Below are positions 44,538 to 55,099 of a DNA stretch of 64,000 nucleotides, one piece after another. The translations under genes and the position numbers were made by a program. The stretch's first letter is position 1. The number at the start of each line of letters is the position of its first letter. Source of the DNA: an uncultured euryarchaeote (GTDB lineage: Archaea > Thermoplasmatota > Poseidoniia > Poseidoniales > Poseidoniaceae); contig CALBRH010000063.1 in assembly GCA_937899865.1 (NCBI GenBank), forward strand, positions 79,510 through 143,509, given 5' to 3'. The notes beneath the pieces are model-generated. The model had not been told where the DNA came from. It did not search any database and worked only from the letters and a program-made list of their open reading frames with translations.

Positions 44538-47126
44538 ATGGCAGACAAAACAATGTCAATCATTGACTTAGATCTGCCAGACAAAGCCCGTCAATTTTTT
44601 GTTGCAGAATGGGGTATAGAGAAACTTCACCCACCTCAAGAAGAGTCAATGAAACCAATCTTTTCGAACAGTAATGCATTAATTGCGATTCCTACCGCAA
44701 GTGGGAAATCATTAATTGCCTATATTGCTATTTTACGAAAATTATTGCTTGATGATGTTGGTTCTAAGGCTGTATACATTGTCCCACTAAAGGCACTTGC
44801 TAGCGAAAAATATGAAGAATTATCACAATTAGGTAAAGCCCTTGACTTAACAATCGGGCTCGGAATTGGCGATTCAACTTCAGAGGCAAAAAAAATTGAT
44901 GAATGTGATATTTTAGTTTGTACTTCTGAGAAATTAGATTCAATAATTAGAAACCGCTCTGAAACAATGTCAAGAGTTTCAATAATTGTAGCCGATGAAT
45001 TTCATTTGATGAATGACTCAAATAGAGGTCCAACTTTGGAAATAAACCTCACTAAATTGAGATATCTAAAACCTTCAGCTCAAATTATTGCATTATCTGC
45101 AACAGTAGGGAATTGTGAAGATTTAGCAGCATGGCTAAATGCAGAATTGATTATGTCTAATTGGCGACCTGTTGCTCTTGAGTATAGCACTTTTCATGAT
45201 TTACATTTGGAACCAAGAATGGTTCAATCATCTGCATTATCTACTCAGCCAAGTGAATTAAAACCTCCTCGAGATTTATTGGGTCCGAAATCACATCCAA
45301 CATGGGTGGCATTAAGTGATTCAATAGATGAAGAAGGTCAATTATTGATTTTTGTTGGAACTAGAAAAAGTGCGGAATCAGAAGCATTAAAATTATCCAA
45401 AAGAGTTAGCAAAAAACTATCCAAAACCAATCCAGAAAAACTGGTTGATTTAGAAGCATTGGCCTCTTCTATAGAGGGCAAACGCCAATCTGCAATGGCC
45501 GATAAATTAGTTGAATGTCTAAAAGGAGGTACAGCATTTCATCATGCAGGTTTAACGCATGCTCAAAGAAAAGCAATTGAACGTGCATTCAAGGATGGCA
45601 AAATATCTTGTTTAACAGCGACTCCTACATTGGCAGCTGGTGTAAATTTACCAGCAAGGAGGGTATTGGTTAGAGATATCAAAAGATGGGATGATGGTAT
45701 GAGCAGGCCTTTACCAGTCATGGAAGTTAGACAAATGTTAGGTCGAGCAGGCCGCCCTAATTATGACGATTATGGTGAAGCATGGGTATTGTGTAAAGGT
45801 ACAGATGGCTGGGAAATAGCCGATATGGTAAGCGAGAAGTATTTTTTCGGAGAGGTAGAGCCCATAATATCAAAATTATCTGGAGAGCCTGCACTTAGGA
45901 CTCATATTTTGTCGATAATTTCTACAGGAGGAATTCAACATAGGGGAGAAATTGGTGATTTTCTTGGATCTACATTTTTAGGTTATTCAACTCCAAAAGT
46001 GATTTTAAATGAAAAAATAGATCAAACAATAAATTGGTTAATTCAAGAACGCTTCATTCGTAAACTAGGTCTTGATGAAGAATATATTGCCAAGCGAGCA
46101 GATGCAATTGTTGACGATTCAGAGGACTGGGATGACACTATTCCTTTGTGGGCTTCAGCAGCAAAAAATATTCCAGGTGTTGAGTTTTATGAAAAATCAC
46201 CAAAAGATTTGCCAATTAGGAAATCCGCTCATATGAAGCCAGAATTTGGATTTAGTTTGGCATCTAATCTTAGTAATTCAGGTGCTTGGCATCAAGAAGA
46301 TAATTCAAATGCAGATGGAATGAAATATGAAGCAACTGCTATGGGAGAAAGAATCACTCAGTTGTATTTAGATCCTCTATCAGCATCAGTAATTAGAACT
46401 GGATTGAGAAGAGCAGTTCGAAGAATGGTCAAGGAAATAGGTCCAGTGACAAATTTTGGATTATTGCATCTAGCTACTTCAACACCAGATTTTATGTCAT
46501 TGTGGGCAAAAAACTCAGACATGGATGTTAATTCAAAATTGTGGCTAAAAACAAATTCTGTTGAGGATGAGTTATTGTCAGATTCAAATTATGATGAGAT
46601 GCTACTTTCAAATGTAAAATCAGCATGGATGATTGAAATGTGGACTTTGGAAGATAACATACGTTCTATAGAGAAAGAATTAGATGTAAATCCAGGAGAT
46701 ATAAATTATCGTGTTGACATAATGGAATGGCTACTACATGCTTCTAGAGAAATAATTTTGACCGATGATGTTTTTTCAGATGAACAAATGGTAGAGATTG
46801 CAGAGATAGTTAAGTTGCTAGATGTCCTTCGATTAAGGGTTAGACATGGATGTAAGGAAGATCTTCTATCTTTGGTAAATATTCCTAATGTTGGTAGAAT
46901 GAGAGCAAGGGAGTTATCCAAAATGGGAATTAGGACACCAAATGATGTCGCAAATATGACTAGAAAACAGGTTTCAGAAGTTTTGAATATGAGAGGATGG
47001 GGCCCCCAATTGCTAGATAAAATAATTCTTGAAGTAGGTAAAGTATTAACAAAATCGCCAAACAAATCACCTAAATTGCGGCAGGATGACATACCTCTAG
47101 ATGATGAAAATAAGGCGGATTATTGA
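44538..47126 (+). CDS. hel308: Ski2-like helicase Hel308 (start ATG 44538)
   Basis: IPTASGKS, PLKALA, DEFH, LSAT, AFHHAGL, TPTLAAGVNLPA, QMLGRAGRP, helix-hairpin-helix IPNVGRMRAREL. Confidence 0.93.
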   Translation: MADKTMSIIDLDLPDKARQFFVAEWGIEKLHPPQEESMKPIFSNSNALIAIPTASGKSLIAYIAILRKLLLDDVGSKAVYIVPLKALASEKYEELSQLGKALDLTIGLGIGDSTSEAKKIDECDILVCTSEKLDSIIRNRSETMSRVSIIVADEFHLMNDSNRGPTLEINLTKLRYLKPSAQIIALSATVGNCEDLAAWLNAELIMSNWRPVALEYSTFHDLHLEPRMVQSSALSTQPSELKPPRDLLGPKSHPTWVALSDSIDEEGQLLIFVGTRKSAESEALKLSKRVSKKLSKTNPEKLVDLEALASSIEGKRQSAMADKLVECLKGGTAFHHAGLTHAQRKAIERAFKDGKISCLTATPTLAAGVNLPARRVLVRDIKRWDDGMSRPLPVMEVRQMLGRAGRPNYDDYGEAWVLCKGTDGWEIADMVSEKYFFGEVEPIISKLSGEPALRTHILSIISTGGIQHRGEIGDFLGSTFLGYSTPKVILNEKIDQTINWLIQERFIRKLGLDEEYIAKRADAIVDDSEDWDDTIPLWASAAKNIPGVEFYEKSPKDLPIRKSAHMKPEFGFSLASNLSNSGAWHQEDNSNADGMKYEATAMGERITQLYLDPLSASVIRTGLRRAVRRMVKEIGPVTNFGLLHLATSTPDFMSLWAKNSDMDVNSKLWLKTNSVEDELLSDSNYDEMLLSNVKSAWMIEMWTLEDNIRSIEKELDVNPGDINYRVDIMEWLLHASREIILTDDVFSDEQMVEIAEIVKLLDVLRLRVRHGCKEDLLSLVNIPNVGRMRARELSKMGIRTPNDVANMTRKQVSEVLNMRGWGPQLLDKIILEVGKVLTKSPNKSPKLRQDDIPLDDENKADY

Positions 47127-47151
47127 AAAACTAATAATTTTAGCATGAATC

Positions 47152-47688
47152 ATGGAGATGCCAAAGTTCCCTTGCTTCAAGGTAGATATCTCTAATTGTA
47201 AAGATGATTTAATCAATCAATTTTTAGAAAAACGGCCTAGTCAAAACTGGTTATTGTTGGCAGAATATGCTGCTCAATCGGAGCAACAATTGTGGACTGC
47301 ATGGTTATTATCACAACGTTCATTTATCAGAAATAGGGCTCTTGCTAGGTCTATTGATGCAGAATTTTTGCGTTATATGGCAGGAACTCATCATGTATCT
47401 GAAGCCTTCAAAAAAGCTGGAATTTGTATGACACAAAAAATGGCTTGGATTGTTCACTTGCCTGATTACCAAATTGAAGAAGATCAAATTTATCCTATCG
47501 TTGACTTAGAAAAATCTAGTCAAATGTTGAAAGGATTGGTAGATGTTTTAGGAATGTCACATACTGAAGGAGAGCCAGAAATTACGCTTGAAGGATTATT
47601 GAAATTAGGAATTGATGTGGAAACTATTGATGACAAAACAGAAGACATAATTATTGGATTTACTATTTCTTCTGACTTGAATTCTTAA
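47152..47688 (+). CDS. cgi121: KEOPS complex subunit Cgi121
   Basis: LARSIDAEFLRYMAGTHHVSEAFKKAG resembles the Cgi121 core motif. Confidence 0.7.
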   Translation: MEMPKFPCFKVDISNCKDDLINQFLEKRPSQNWLLLAEYAAQSEQQLWTAWLLSQRSFIRNRALARSIDAEFLRYMAGTHHVSEAFKKAGICMTQKMAWIVHLPDYQIEEDQIYPIVDLEKSSQMLKGLVDVLGMSHTEGEPEITLEGLLKLGIDVETIDDKTEDIIIGFTISSDLNS

Positions 47689-47727
47689 TCAATCTAAAGA
47701 AGTATTCAAACACTTCCAACGATTGGG

Positions 47728-49176
47728 ATGTATATGGTGATTGCAAAGTCTCCCGATTCTGATATTACTGGTCGAAGTCATAGATACTTAGATGTTGATA
47801 AAATAAACAAAAGTTTGGACAAAGTAACATCTAATGGTGCAAGTTATGCAGAAGTAAGATTAGTTGCTTATACCGACTATTCGGTTGCTATGAGAGATGG
47901 AAAGTTAGAGCGGGCTATTCCAGGCCAAGAGATTGGTGCTACAATTAGAGTCCTTGCAGATGGTGCTTGGGGTGTTCATTCTACAACAGATATTGCTTCT
48001 CTTGAACAACAGATGAATCCCACATTAAAACTTGCACAATCTGTAGCTGCTAGGCGTTCACCAAAAGATCGACCAATAAAGTTGGCTGAAGTTCCTATCA
48101 TCGAAGATAGTATTCATTGGACACCCAAAAAAGATGTAAGAAACACTGAATTGAGTGAAAGATTAGAACATATGAAATTACTAAATTCATCTGCGTCAGG
48201 ACATGATAACATAGTTTCAGTAACCTGTGGCTGGCATGATGAAAATATCCATACTGAATTCTTAAGCAGCGAGGGAATGAATCGTACTTGGAGTTTTCAA
48301 AGATCATTGATTAATGGAATGGTAACTGCTAGGGATGGCTCTGAAGTAGTCTCATATCGTACAAGGTTTGGTGGTGAAGGTGGCTTAGAGTTAATTGAAT
48401 CATGCGATATCAATGAGCTTGGCAATAATGCAAAAGTTTCCGCTCTAAGATTGCTTAAAGCAAAGCGTGCCCCATCAGGAAAGATGCCACTTGTAGCAGA
48501 TAGAGACTTAACAGGAGTTTACATTCATGAGGCATTAGGTCATCCTTGTGAAGCAGATTTAGTCGCTGCAGGTGATTCTTGCCTTGATGGTAAACTTGGA
48601 CAAAAAATTGGTAGTGATATTGTAACAGTAATCGACGACCCTAAAATTAGAGGAGGTTATGGTGCCCACCCAATAGATGACGAAGGCTTGGATACAACTG
48701 AAAAATGCCTAATTAAAAATGGTATTTTGACCGAATATCTCAATCACAGAGAAACCGCAGAACATTTTGGCATTAAACCAAATGCAGGAGCAAGAGCCCA
48801 AGATGGATTACACCATCCATTGGTAAGGATGTCTAACACATTGATCCATGGAGGTACTCATGCAGATCTAGACGAACTTGTTGAAGATATTGAATATGGT
48901 GTTTATGCCTGCGGTTCTAGAGGAGGTCAAGTAGATACGGGTAGAGGTTCTTTTCAGTTCGCAGCACAAGAGGCATGGTTAATTGAAAATGGAGAAATAA
49001 CCAGCCCATTGAAAGATGTCAGTGTAAGTGGATTGACATTACAGATTCTAAAGGATGTTGATGGTTTAACTAAAGATTCGAGATTAGCAGCACCCGGTTT
49101 TTGTGGCAAGGGTCAGACAGTACCTGTAGGTGATGGTGGACCAATTATGAGAATTAGTGAAGCATTGGTGGGATGA
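47728..49176 (+). CDS. tldD: TldD metalloprotease subunit
   Basis: HEALGHPCEAD, DDEG, RMSNT, GGQVD, CGKGQTVPVGDGGP. Confidence 0.93.
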   Translation: MYMVIAKSPDSDITGRSHRYLDVDKINKSLDKVTSNGASYAEVRLVAYTDYSVAMRDGKLERAIPGQEIGATIRVLADGAWGVHSTTDIASLEQQMNPTLKLAQSVAARRSPKDRPIKLAEVPIIEDSIHWTPKKDVRNTELSERLEHMKLLNSSASGHDNIVSVTCGWHDENIHTEFLSSEGMNRTWSFQRSLINGMVTARDGSEVVSYRTRFGGEGGLELIESCDINELGNNAKVSALRLLKAKRAPSGKMPLVADRDLTGVYIHEALGHPCEADLVAAGDSCLDGKLGQKIGSDIVTVIDDPKIRGGYGAHPIDDEGLDTTEKCLIKNGILTEYLNHRETAEHFGIKPNAGARAQDGLHHPLVRMSNTLIHGGTHADLDELVEDIEYGVYACGSRGGQVDTGRGSFQFAAQEAWLIENGEITSPLKDVSVSGLTLQILKDVDGLTKDSRLAAPGFCGKGQTVPVGDGGPIMRISEALVG

Positions 49177-50582
49177 TATTGCTTCCAAATGATGCATTAG
49201 ATCGATTACAAGATGGTTGTAAATCAATAGCAGATAGGTGTAATTCACTTGGTATCACAAGTTGGGAAATAGTGGCTAGTCAATCATATGGCCATCAAAT
49301 AGATATTGAGGGTGGAAAGATTTCGTTAGCTGCTGGTGGTGGAGAAGGAGGCTATGGAATTAGAATTTTAGAAGATGGTAAATTTGGTTTTGCTTATTTG
49401 GTTGATGTTAATTCAGCTGATAAAGCGATAAATAGCGCTCTATCAATAGCTAGAATGTCACCTTCAATTGACGGTTTTGTACTACCCTATGAACAATCAG
49501 CAAAACAGGTTTCTGGTCTTTATGACAAATCAATTATAGAGATGGATTCAGAAGATTTACTAACACAAGCAGACGCAATTATCTCAGAGGTTGCTTCATT
49601 AGATAAGCGGGCAATAGTTACTGGTGGTGGAATTGGAGTAAGTGCTAATGCTAGTTCAATTTTGACTAGTGAAGGAATTGAATCAGGAGGTATTACAACT
49701 TCACATGGAGTTGGAGTGCAAGTTTCTATAGAGGAAGATGAGCAATTGACAAGCTCATGGCAAAGTAATTCTTCAAGAAGTAAATTAATACAGGTTCCAA
49801 ATTGTGTTTCCCGAGCAGTTGATTGGGCGAAGTTAACTAGAGACCCTATCAAGATTGATTCATCGTTAGATGAATCACCAGTATTGATGACTAGTGAAGG
49901 ATTTTCCCCATTGTTTTCAGTTGTGGTGCCAAATGCTATCCGTGGCGATAAGTTGGCAAGAGCAGAATCATTTTGGTCAGGTAAAATGAATCAATCTGTT
50001 ATTGCTAAAGATTTGAATTTGGTAGATGATGCAACAATTGTTGGAGGTAGATCATCAGGCTCAAGAGATGGTGAAGGAGTACCTACAAGATGTAATTCTT
50101 TGATAAAATCAGGTAAATTAGTTGGCTCACTTTGGTCAACTAGGGATGCAGCACAACAAATTGCTGAAGGTAGAATTGACATCGCAAAAACCACAGGTTC
50201 AGCAATTCGCTCAGGTCATCAATCACCGCCAATATCGGGATGTAGTAATTTGTTTTTAACAAGTTCAAACAAAAGCTATGATCTAGATGGCCTGCTGCAA
50301 GAAATGAATGAAGGATATGTTGTTAATAGTGTAATGGGAGCCCATACAGCAAATCCAACAAGTGGTGATTTTTCTGTAACAACTAGTTCAATATTGAGAG
50401 TTGAAAATGGCGAAATAATTGGTTCAATTAAGCAAGCAGGCCTATCTGGAAACATGGCAAAAGCCCTTACTGAAGGAGTGATACTTGGAGATAATGTAAG
50501 ACCACAAGGATCCTATTCTTCAGGAACTATGTATGTTCCTAATGTACTAATTTCACAAGGTTTGCGAGTAAATCCTGCATAA
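49173..50582 (+). CDS. pmbA: TldE/PmbA non-catalytic subunit
   Basis: DGEGVPT, ANPTSGDFS, no HExxxH; ATGA overlap with tldD. Confidence 0.88.
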   Translation: MILLPNDALDRLQDGCKSIADRCNSLGITSWEIVASQSYGHQIDIEGGKISLAAGGGEGGYGIRILEDGKFGFAYLVDVNSADKAINSALSIARMSPSIDGFVLPYEQSAKQVSGLYDKSIIEMDSEDLLTQADAIISEVASLDKRAIVTGGGIGVSANASSILTSEGIESGGITTSHGVGVQVSIEEDEQLTSSWQSNSSRSKLIQVPNCVSRAVDWAKLTRDPIKIDSSLDESPVLMTSEGFSPLFSVVVPNAIRGDKLARAESFWSGKMNQSVIAKDLNLVDDATIVGGRSSGSRDGEGVPTRCNSLIKSGKLVGSLWSTRDAAQQIAEGRIDIAKTTGSAIRSGHQSPPISGCSNLFLTSSNKSYDLDGLLQEMNEGYVVNSVMGAHTANPTSGDFSVTTSSILRVENGEIIGSIKQAGLSGNMAKALTEGVILGDNVRPQGSYSSGTMYVPNVLISQGLRVNPA

Positions 50583-50600
50583 TTTTGATGGGATAATTTA

Positions 50601-50637
50601 TTTCCTTTCGCCTGTTATACTAACTTACAGGAGGAAA
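50601..50637. other. Bulged stem-loop in the pmbA-rpa1 intergenic region
   Basis: TTTCCT-[TTCG]-CCTGT / 11-nt loop / ACAGG-AGGAAA gives 11 bp with a 4-nt bulge. Confidence 0.4.
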
Positions 50638-50733
50638 AGGGAGTGTATTGTCTTAACCAAACCGCACAAGAGCCCGCAGGTTTTCTAGAGATTGGGAAAC
50701 GTAGAACAAATATCTATTATCGAGGTGTTTTAT

Positions 50734-52428
50734 TTGTCGGATGACAAATATGAATCACACATAAAAGCGGTATTATCAGAATGTCCAGAGGCAGAAACTG
50801 ATGAAATCAGAGCCGCTTTTGTCAAATATGAGGAAGAATTTTACATTCCACCTCAAGATGCTTTGAGATCGATTATAAGGAGATTTCAAGGCGATAAATC
50901 GCCAAAGTCATCAAATACTTCAACTACACAAACTAGGCAAACAAAGAAAGTTAGTTCGCTATCTGAATTAGCAGGTACTGATAGGGATATAGAAATAGAA
51001 GTAGAAGTAATTTCTCACAATCTACGAGAACAAACTATTCGAGGTGAACAAAAGCAAATTGCATTTGGTTTAATTGAAGATAATCCTTGGGATGAAGGAG
51101 GAAATAGAGTTAGGTGGGAATACAAAGACTGGGGTCCTAATTCAAACATAACGCCTGGTTCTGTAATTAGAATAGAAGGGGCATCCGTAAATGAATACCA
51201 AGGTAGAATGTCACTCAATATAAATCAAGGTGCAAGGATTGCCGTATTAAGAGAAGGAACTAGGCCTGTTCATCAACCTGGTGAACCAATAGATATTGCA
51301 AATATTCCAAAAGATGGTTACATTTGTGTTGTAGGTAGAGTTCTTTCATCTCGAGATGATCAAATTCATCGTAAAGACGGTTCTGGTTCAATAGATGTTG
51401 TAAGAGGTAGGATTGCAGATGAAACAGGAACTATAGGTTTCTTGTCGTGGGAGCCATTCGACCATGAAGTTGGTAGTCTAATCAAAATTGATGGTGCTCA
51501 AGTAAGGACATTTAGAGACACACCTGAACTTAACTTCGGTAGAACAACCAAAATAGAATCATTCCATGATGCCAATTTCGCTGACATAGAGAAATTAAAC
51601 AGTCATAATATGAATACTATTTCACAACTGACTGATGGCTCAAGAGACATAGAAGTTATTGTTCAAATTACTGAATGGCAAAAAAGAAGTTTTACCAAAG
51701 ATGGAGAAGAGAAATTTCTGTGGTCAGGGCAAATAGCTGACCCAACTGGAAGATGTAGGATGAGTGCTTGGGAGGAATTACCTATCAAATCTGCTGATTT
51801 ACCAGTTACCGTAAAACTAACCGGAGTAAGGGTGAGAGCATGGCAGGGAATTCCAGACATAACAGTTGACAAAGCTGAACAGGTTGAGATTTTAGAAACA
51901 TCTCCATGGGATGATGAAATAAATCTAAAGGATCATGTTGTTGAAGTTGGGCTTACCGAATTAGTGAATTCAGCAAGTAGAGTTGGAATTTCTACATCTG
52001 GAACAGTTGTAAGTATTAGAGAAGATTCTGGAATAATAATGCGTTGCGTTGAGTGTCGCAGAGTTCTAAGGGACGGAGAATGTAATTTTGCAGGATGTAA
52101 TGGTAAAGTAGAATCTCAACAGGATGTTAGATTGAGATTAGTTATTGATAACGGAGATGTAACTGCTTCATTACTAATCAACAAAGATGCTGCGTTGAAA
52201 TTAGTTAATACAACTGAAGAAAAAATGGCAGCAGATATTGAATCAGAAGGTAAAATGGAATTTGTTCAATCATTGAGGGATTATCTACTTGGACGTCAAT
52301 TGAATGTAAGTGGCAGGACAATTGTCGATGACCAAGGAGCTATGATTTTGGCAGACGATGCCGAGTTGAATTCAGATGATGCAGTCATGTTGGCTACTGA
52401 AGTTAGGGCAAAATGGGGGGTTAACTAA
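50734..52428 (+). CDS. rpa1: Replication protein A large subunit (multi-OB fold, Zn finger); TTG start after GAGGTG
   Basis: Repeated OB folds (GRIADETGTIGFLSW, GQIADPTGRCRMSAW), CVEC...C...C, LRLVIDNG. Confidence 0.85.
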   Translation: MSDDKYESHIKAVLSECPEAETDEIRAAFVKYEEEFYIPPQDALRSIIRRFQGDKSPKSSNTSTTQTRQTKKVSSLSELAGTDRDIEIEVEVISHNLREQTIRGEQKQIAFGLIEDNPWDEGGNRVRWEYKDWGPNSNITPGSVIRIEGASVNEYQGRMSLNINQGARIAVLREGTRPVHQPGEPIDIANIPKDGYICVVGRVLSSRDDQIHRKDGSGSIDVVRGRIADETGTIGFLSWEPFDHEVGSLIKIDGAQVRTFRDTPELNFGRTTKIESFHDANFADIEKLNSHNMNTISQLTDGSRDIEVIVQITEWQKRSFTKDGEEKFLWSGQIADPTGRCRMSAWEELPIKSADLPVTVKLTGVRVRAWQGIPDITVDKAEQVEILETSPWDDEINLKDHVVEVGLTELVNSASRVGISTSGTVVSIREDSGIIMRCVECRRVLRDGECNFAGCNGKVESQQDVRLRLVIDNGDVTASLLINKDAALKLVNTTEEKMAADIESEGKMEFVQSLRDYLLGRQLNVSGRTIVDDQGAMILADDAELNSDDAVMLATEVRAKWGVN

Positions 52429-53354
52429 TGCAACCAATGCGTTCAGTAAAAAGACAACCTGCATTACATATGTTTGCATCAGAATATGGAGAATCAACAT
52501 TATCTGAGAAGGGTTCTGGAGAATTTGACCCATCATTTGTTGTTACTAAATTAGGATCTAGAGTTAATCGAGTGATTGTTGCAGGATTGTTGGAAAGAAT
52601 TGAAGGAAGAGATGTGGCTAATGGTTCAGTGATTTATCAAGGGCAACTAAGAGATCCTTCTGGAATAAACTACTTCTCAGTTGGTGATTATGTCTCTGAT
52701 TCAGTAAAGGAGATGACAATTCAATTATCTGCTAGGCTTGAATCAGGAGAGCCAATCCTTCTATTGATGGTAGCAAAGACGAGATTATACCAAACTGAAG
52801 AAGGAGCAATTTACACTTCATTGAGACCTGAAGAAATGTGTATAATTGATGCTCAGCGTTATGCTTCATGGTTGGCAAACACTTCAGAATCAATGATGAA
52901 TAGAATGTCAAGATATGTCGCTAGTTTAGACTTTGAAGCAAATATGGAATCATTATCAAAATCAGAAATGTCTGAAAACCAAATTTTAGGCTTGATTGCA
53001 TCAAGGAATCACTATGGTGATATTGATTTGGAACATTATCGTCTAAATGTAATGCAAGCTCTCGACATAGCAGAAGGTAAATTAGATGCTGCTACAAAGC
53101 CTGCGCCGCAGAAATTGATAGTTGAAGAAGATGACGATGAAGATCAAAATGGTGATGATAAAGCCGATTTAGAAGCCGCAATAGTAGATATAATTACCAA
53201 ATTGGACCAAGGCGATGGAGTTGAATTTGAAACAATTTTAGTTAATGCAGAAGCTAGAGGATTTCAACGTTCTATCGCTGAAGAAAAATTGGAAGAATTG
53301 TCTGATGATGGCACAGTTCATGAGCCTGCATTCGGTTGGTTTAGATTAGTTTGA
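52428..53354 (+). CDS. rpa2: RPA2-like / RPA-associated OB-fold protein with C-terminal winged helix
   Basis: RQPALHMFASE, VVTKLGSRVNRVIVAG, LRDPSG, C-terminal LEELSDDGTVHEPAFGWFR. Confidence 0.8.
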   Translation: MQPMRSVKRQPALHMFASEYGESTLSEKGSGEFDPSFVVTKLGSRVNRVIVAGLLERIEGRDVANGSVIYQGQLRDPSGINYFSVGDYVSDSVKEMTIQLSARLESGEPILLLMVAKTRLYQTEEGAIYTSLRPEEMCIIDAQRYASWLANTSESMMNRMSRYVASLDFEANMESLSKSEMSENQILGLIASRNHYGDIDLEHYRLNVMQALDIAEGKLDAATKPAPQKLIVEEDDDEDQNGDDKADLEAAIVDIITKLDQGDGVEFETILVNAEARGFQRSIAEEKLEELSDDGTVHEPAFGWFRLV

Positions 53355-53416
53355 AATTTTAATTTCTCCCAACACATTCAAGTTCCCTATTGTCTGTGGT
53401 TGAGATAGGTGGAGCA

Positions 53417-53770
53417 ATGGCCGGAATGGATTTTTTTATTCGCCCCGCAACTGGAACAAGTAGTTCAGACTGGATAAGGATACCAAATGCTGACATTAAA
53501 GTTAAGTCAGCAAGAAGGATTACAAGAACTATAGTTAGGGGTCAAGAAGGAGACAATTTGCATGACGAAGGTTCTGAATCTACCCTTTACACAGTATCGG
53601 GTGAAATGAAAATTGATGAATACAAAAAAATTCTTTCAATGTATCGTTCAGGGCAACCATGTATTCACGATCCATTCGAAGAAAGAGATGTTAAGGTAGT
53701 TTTTGCTACCATGGAATATGATGGTTCTAATGAAATATTTACTTTTGAATTTATTGAAGATATAATTTGA
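53417..53770 (+). CDS. Small protein resembling phage DNA-circularisation N-terminal / tail tube-initiator fold (start ATG 53417 after AGGTGG)
   Basis: RRITRTIVRGQEGDNLHDEGSESTLYTVSGEM...IHDPF...VKV...FTFEFIED parallels the recalled DNA_circ_N consensus; recognised by eye only. Confidence 0.5.
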   Translation: MAGMDFFIRPATGTSSSDWIRIPNADIKVKSARRITRTIVRGQEGDNLHDEGSESTLYTVSGEMKIDEYKKILSMYRSGQPCIHDPFEERDVKVVFATMEYDGSNEIFTFEFIEDII

Positions 53771-54363
53771 GGGGATATACTTTGAGGAAATTGGATGAGA
53801 AGAAAGAAATTCTCTATGTCATAAGGACGCTTGATGTTCTAATGACTTCAGGTGTTGGTCTAGAAGCAGCACTCCATTCAATTGGCAAAGGTGGATATGG
53901 AATTATTTCGAAGGACTTCTCTTCAATCATGGAAAAATTAACCTCTGGCAAATCTCGTGGTTTAGAATTTGAAATTAAAAGCATGATGAATAAAGCAGAG
54001 TCTGAAGGTTACAGAAGATTACTAAATACAATGTATACTAATTTAACTCAAAATACCGATTTAATTGAGACTTTAAGAAAGCAAGGCAAGAGGATGGAAG
54101 AAGATAGAAATGAATCTGTTAATAAGTACATTGAAGATTTAGGAGGCGTTCCTGAAACTCTCTTATCGATTGGAATGATAGGTCCAATTATATTGGCTAT
54201 TGTTGGCTTAGTACCACAAATTTTAGGAGATGGAGCAGAAGCAATTATTGGCACTATAGACCAAGGAATGATTAATTCAATTGTCAATGGTGGATTGATT
54301 TTAACAATAGTTGCGATGATTTTTATTGGTTTGAAAGCACATACAAAAGATCCGGGGTTGTGA
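53767..54363 (+). CDS. T2SS-F/TadB-TadC-type membrane platform protein (start possibly TTG 53782)
   Basis: LMTSGVGLEAAL, GYGIISKDF, single T2SSF-like domain followed by two TM helices. Confidence 0.8.
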   Translation: MRGYTLRKLDEKKEILYVIRTLDVLMTSGVGLEAALHSIGKGGYGIISKDFSSIMEKLTSGKSRGLEFEIKSMMNKAESEGYRRLLNTMYTNLTQNTDLIETLRKQGKRMEEDRNESVNKYIEDLGGVPETLLSIGMIGPIILAIVGLVPQILGDGAEAIIGTIDQGMINSIVNGGLILTIVAMIFIGLKAHTKDPGL

Positions 54364-54364
54364 A

Positions 54365-55096
54365 ATGATATTCGACATTATGGAAACTTTCAATGACAAT
54401 ATGTTTGTCTTGTTTCTGTTCGTTATTGGTATTGCTTTTGCTGCAGGCGGTATTCCTCCAATAATTGAAAGAAGTCGTAGGAGAGGAATTGAAAACCAAT
54501 TACCTAGTCTTTTGGAATCTCTTTCCGATGCTGTAGGTGCAGGTAGGGGTTTGCAAGAAGCAATGCTTGAACAGGGGAGGAATACTCCCGGAGTGCTTGG
54601 AAAATTACTCACTGAAACTTTGGAAAGTAGTCATGCGTCATCATTTGATGCAGCGCTATCAGCATTTGCATCAAAGACACGCTCATCTCAAGTTCAAAGA
54701 GTAATAGTCCTAATTGATACTGCCATTCAACAAGATGCTCCTTTGCAGAATATATTATCTGATTTAGCAATGGATTATGAGAGGCTAAATGATTTGATGA
54801 ATAAGAGGGAGAGCGAACTTGCAGGTAGGGGAATACTCATTGTTTTGTTTGTATGCATTGGTTTGCCAGTTTTGATTGCATTCATTGTTGGCTTATTTGC
54901 ACCTGAAAAATCAGGTTTTCAGATAAACAATTTCAACTCAACATTTTCTAATTTCTTTGCAGTTGCATCAGCAGTAGGCGCATTAGTGTCTGGTAGAATG
55001 ATGGGTAGAATGAGAGATATGCTATGGTGGGTGCCATTTTGGATGGCTACATCTATGTTACTTTATCTTGGAGCAGTAAAAATGATTGGAGGCTAA
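54365..55096 (+). CDS. T2SS-F/TadC-type membrane platform protein
   Basis: IENQLPSLLESLSDAVGAGRGLQEAM, GVLGKLL, TM helices. Confidence 0.85.
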   Translation: MIFDIMETFNDNMFVLFLFVIGIAFAAGGIPPIIERSRRRGIENQLPSLLESLSDAVGAGRGLQEAMLEQGRNTPGVLGKLLTETLESSHASSFDAALSAFASKTRSSQVQRVIVLIDTAIQQDAPLQNILSDLAMDYERLNDLMNKRESELAGRGILIVLFVCIGLPVLIAFIVGLFAPEKSGFQINNFNSTFSNFFAVASAVGALVSGRMMGRMRDMLWWVPFWMATSMLLYLGAVKMIGG

Positions 55097-55099
55097 ATT

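Noticed and set aside
53417-53770. Small gene after rpa1-rpa2 as the third RPA subunit (Rpa3)
   Set aside because: Size and position fit, but the sequence lacks OB-fold hallmarks such as the DDGTG-type turn and fits the tail-tube/DNA_circ_N pattern better; not fully excluded without a structure search
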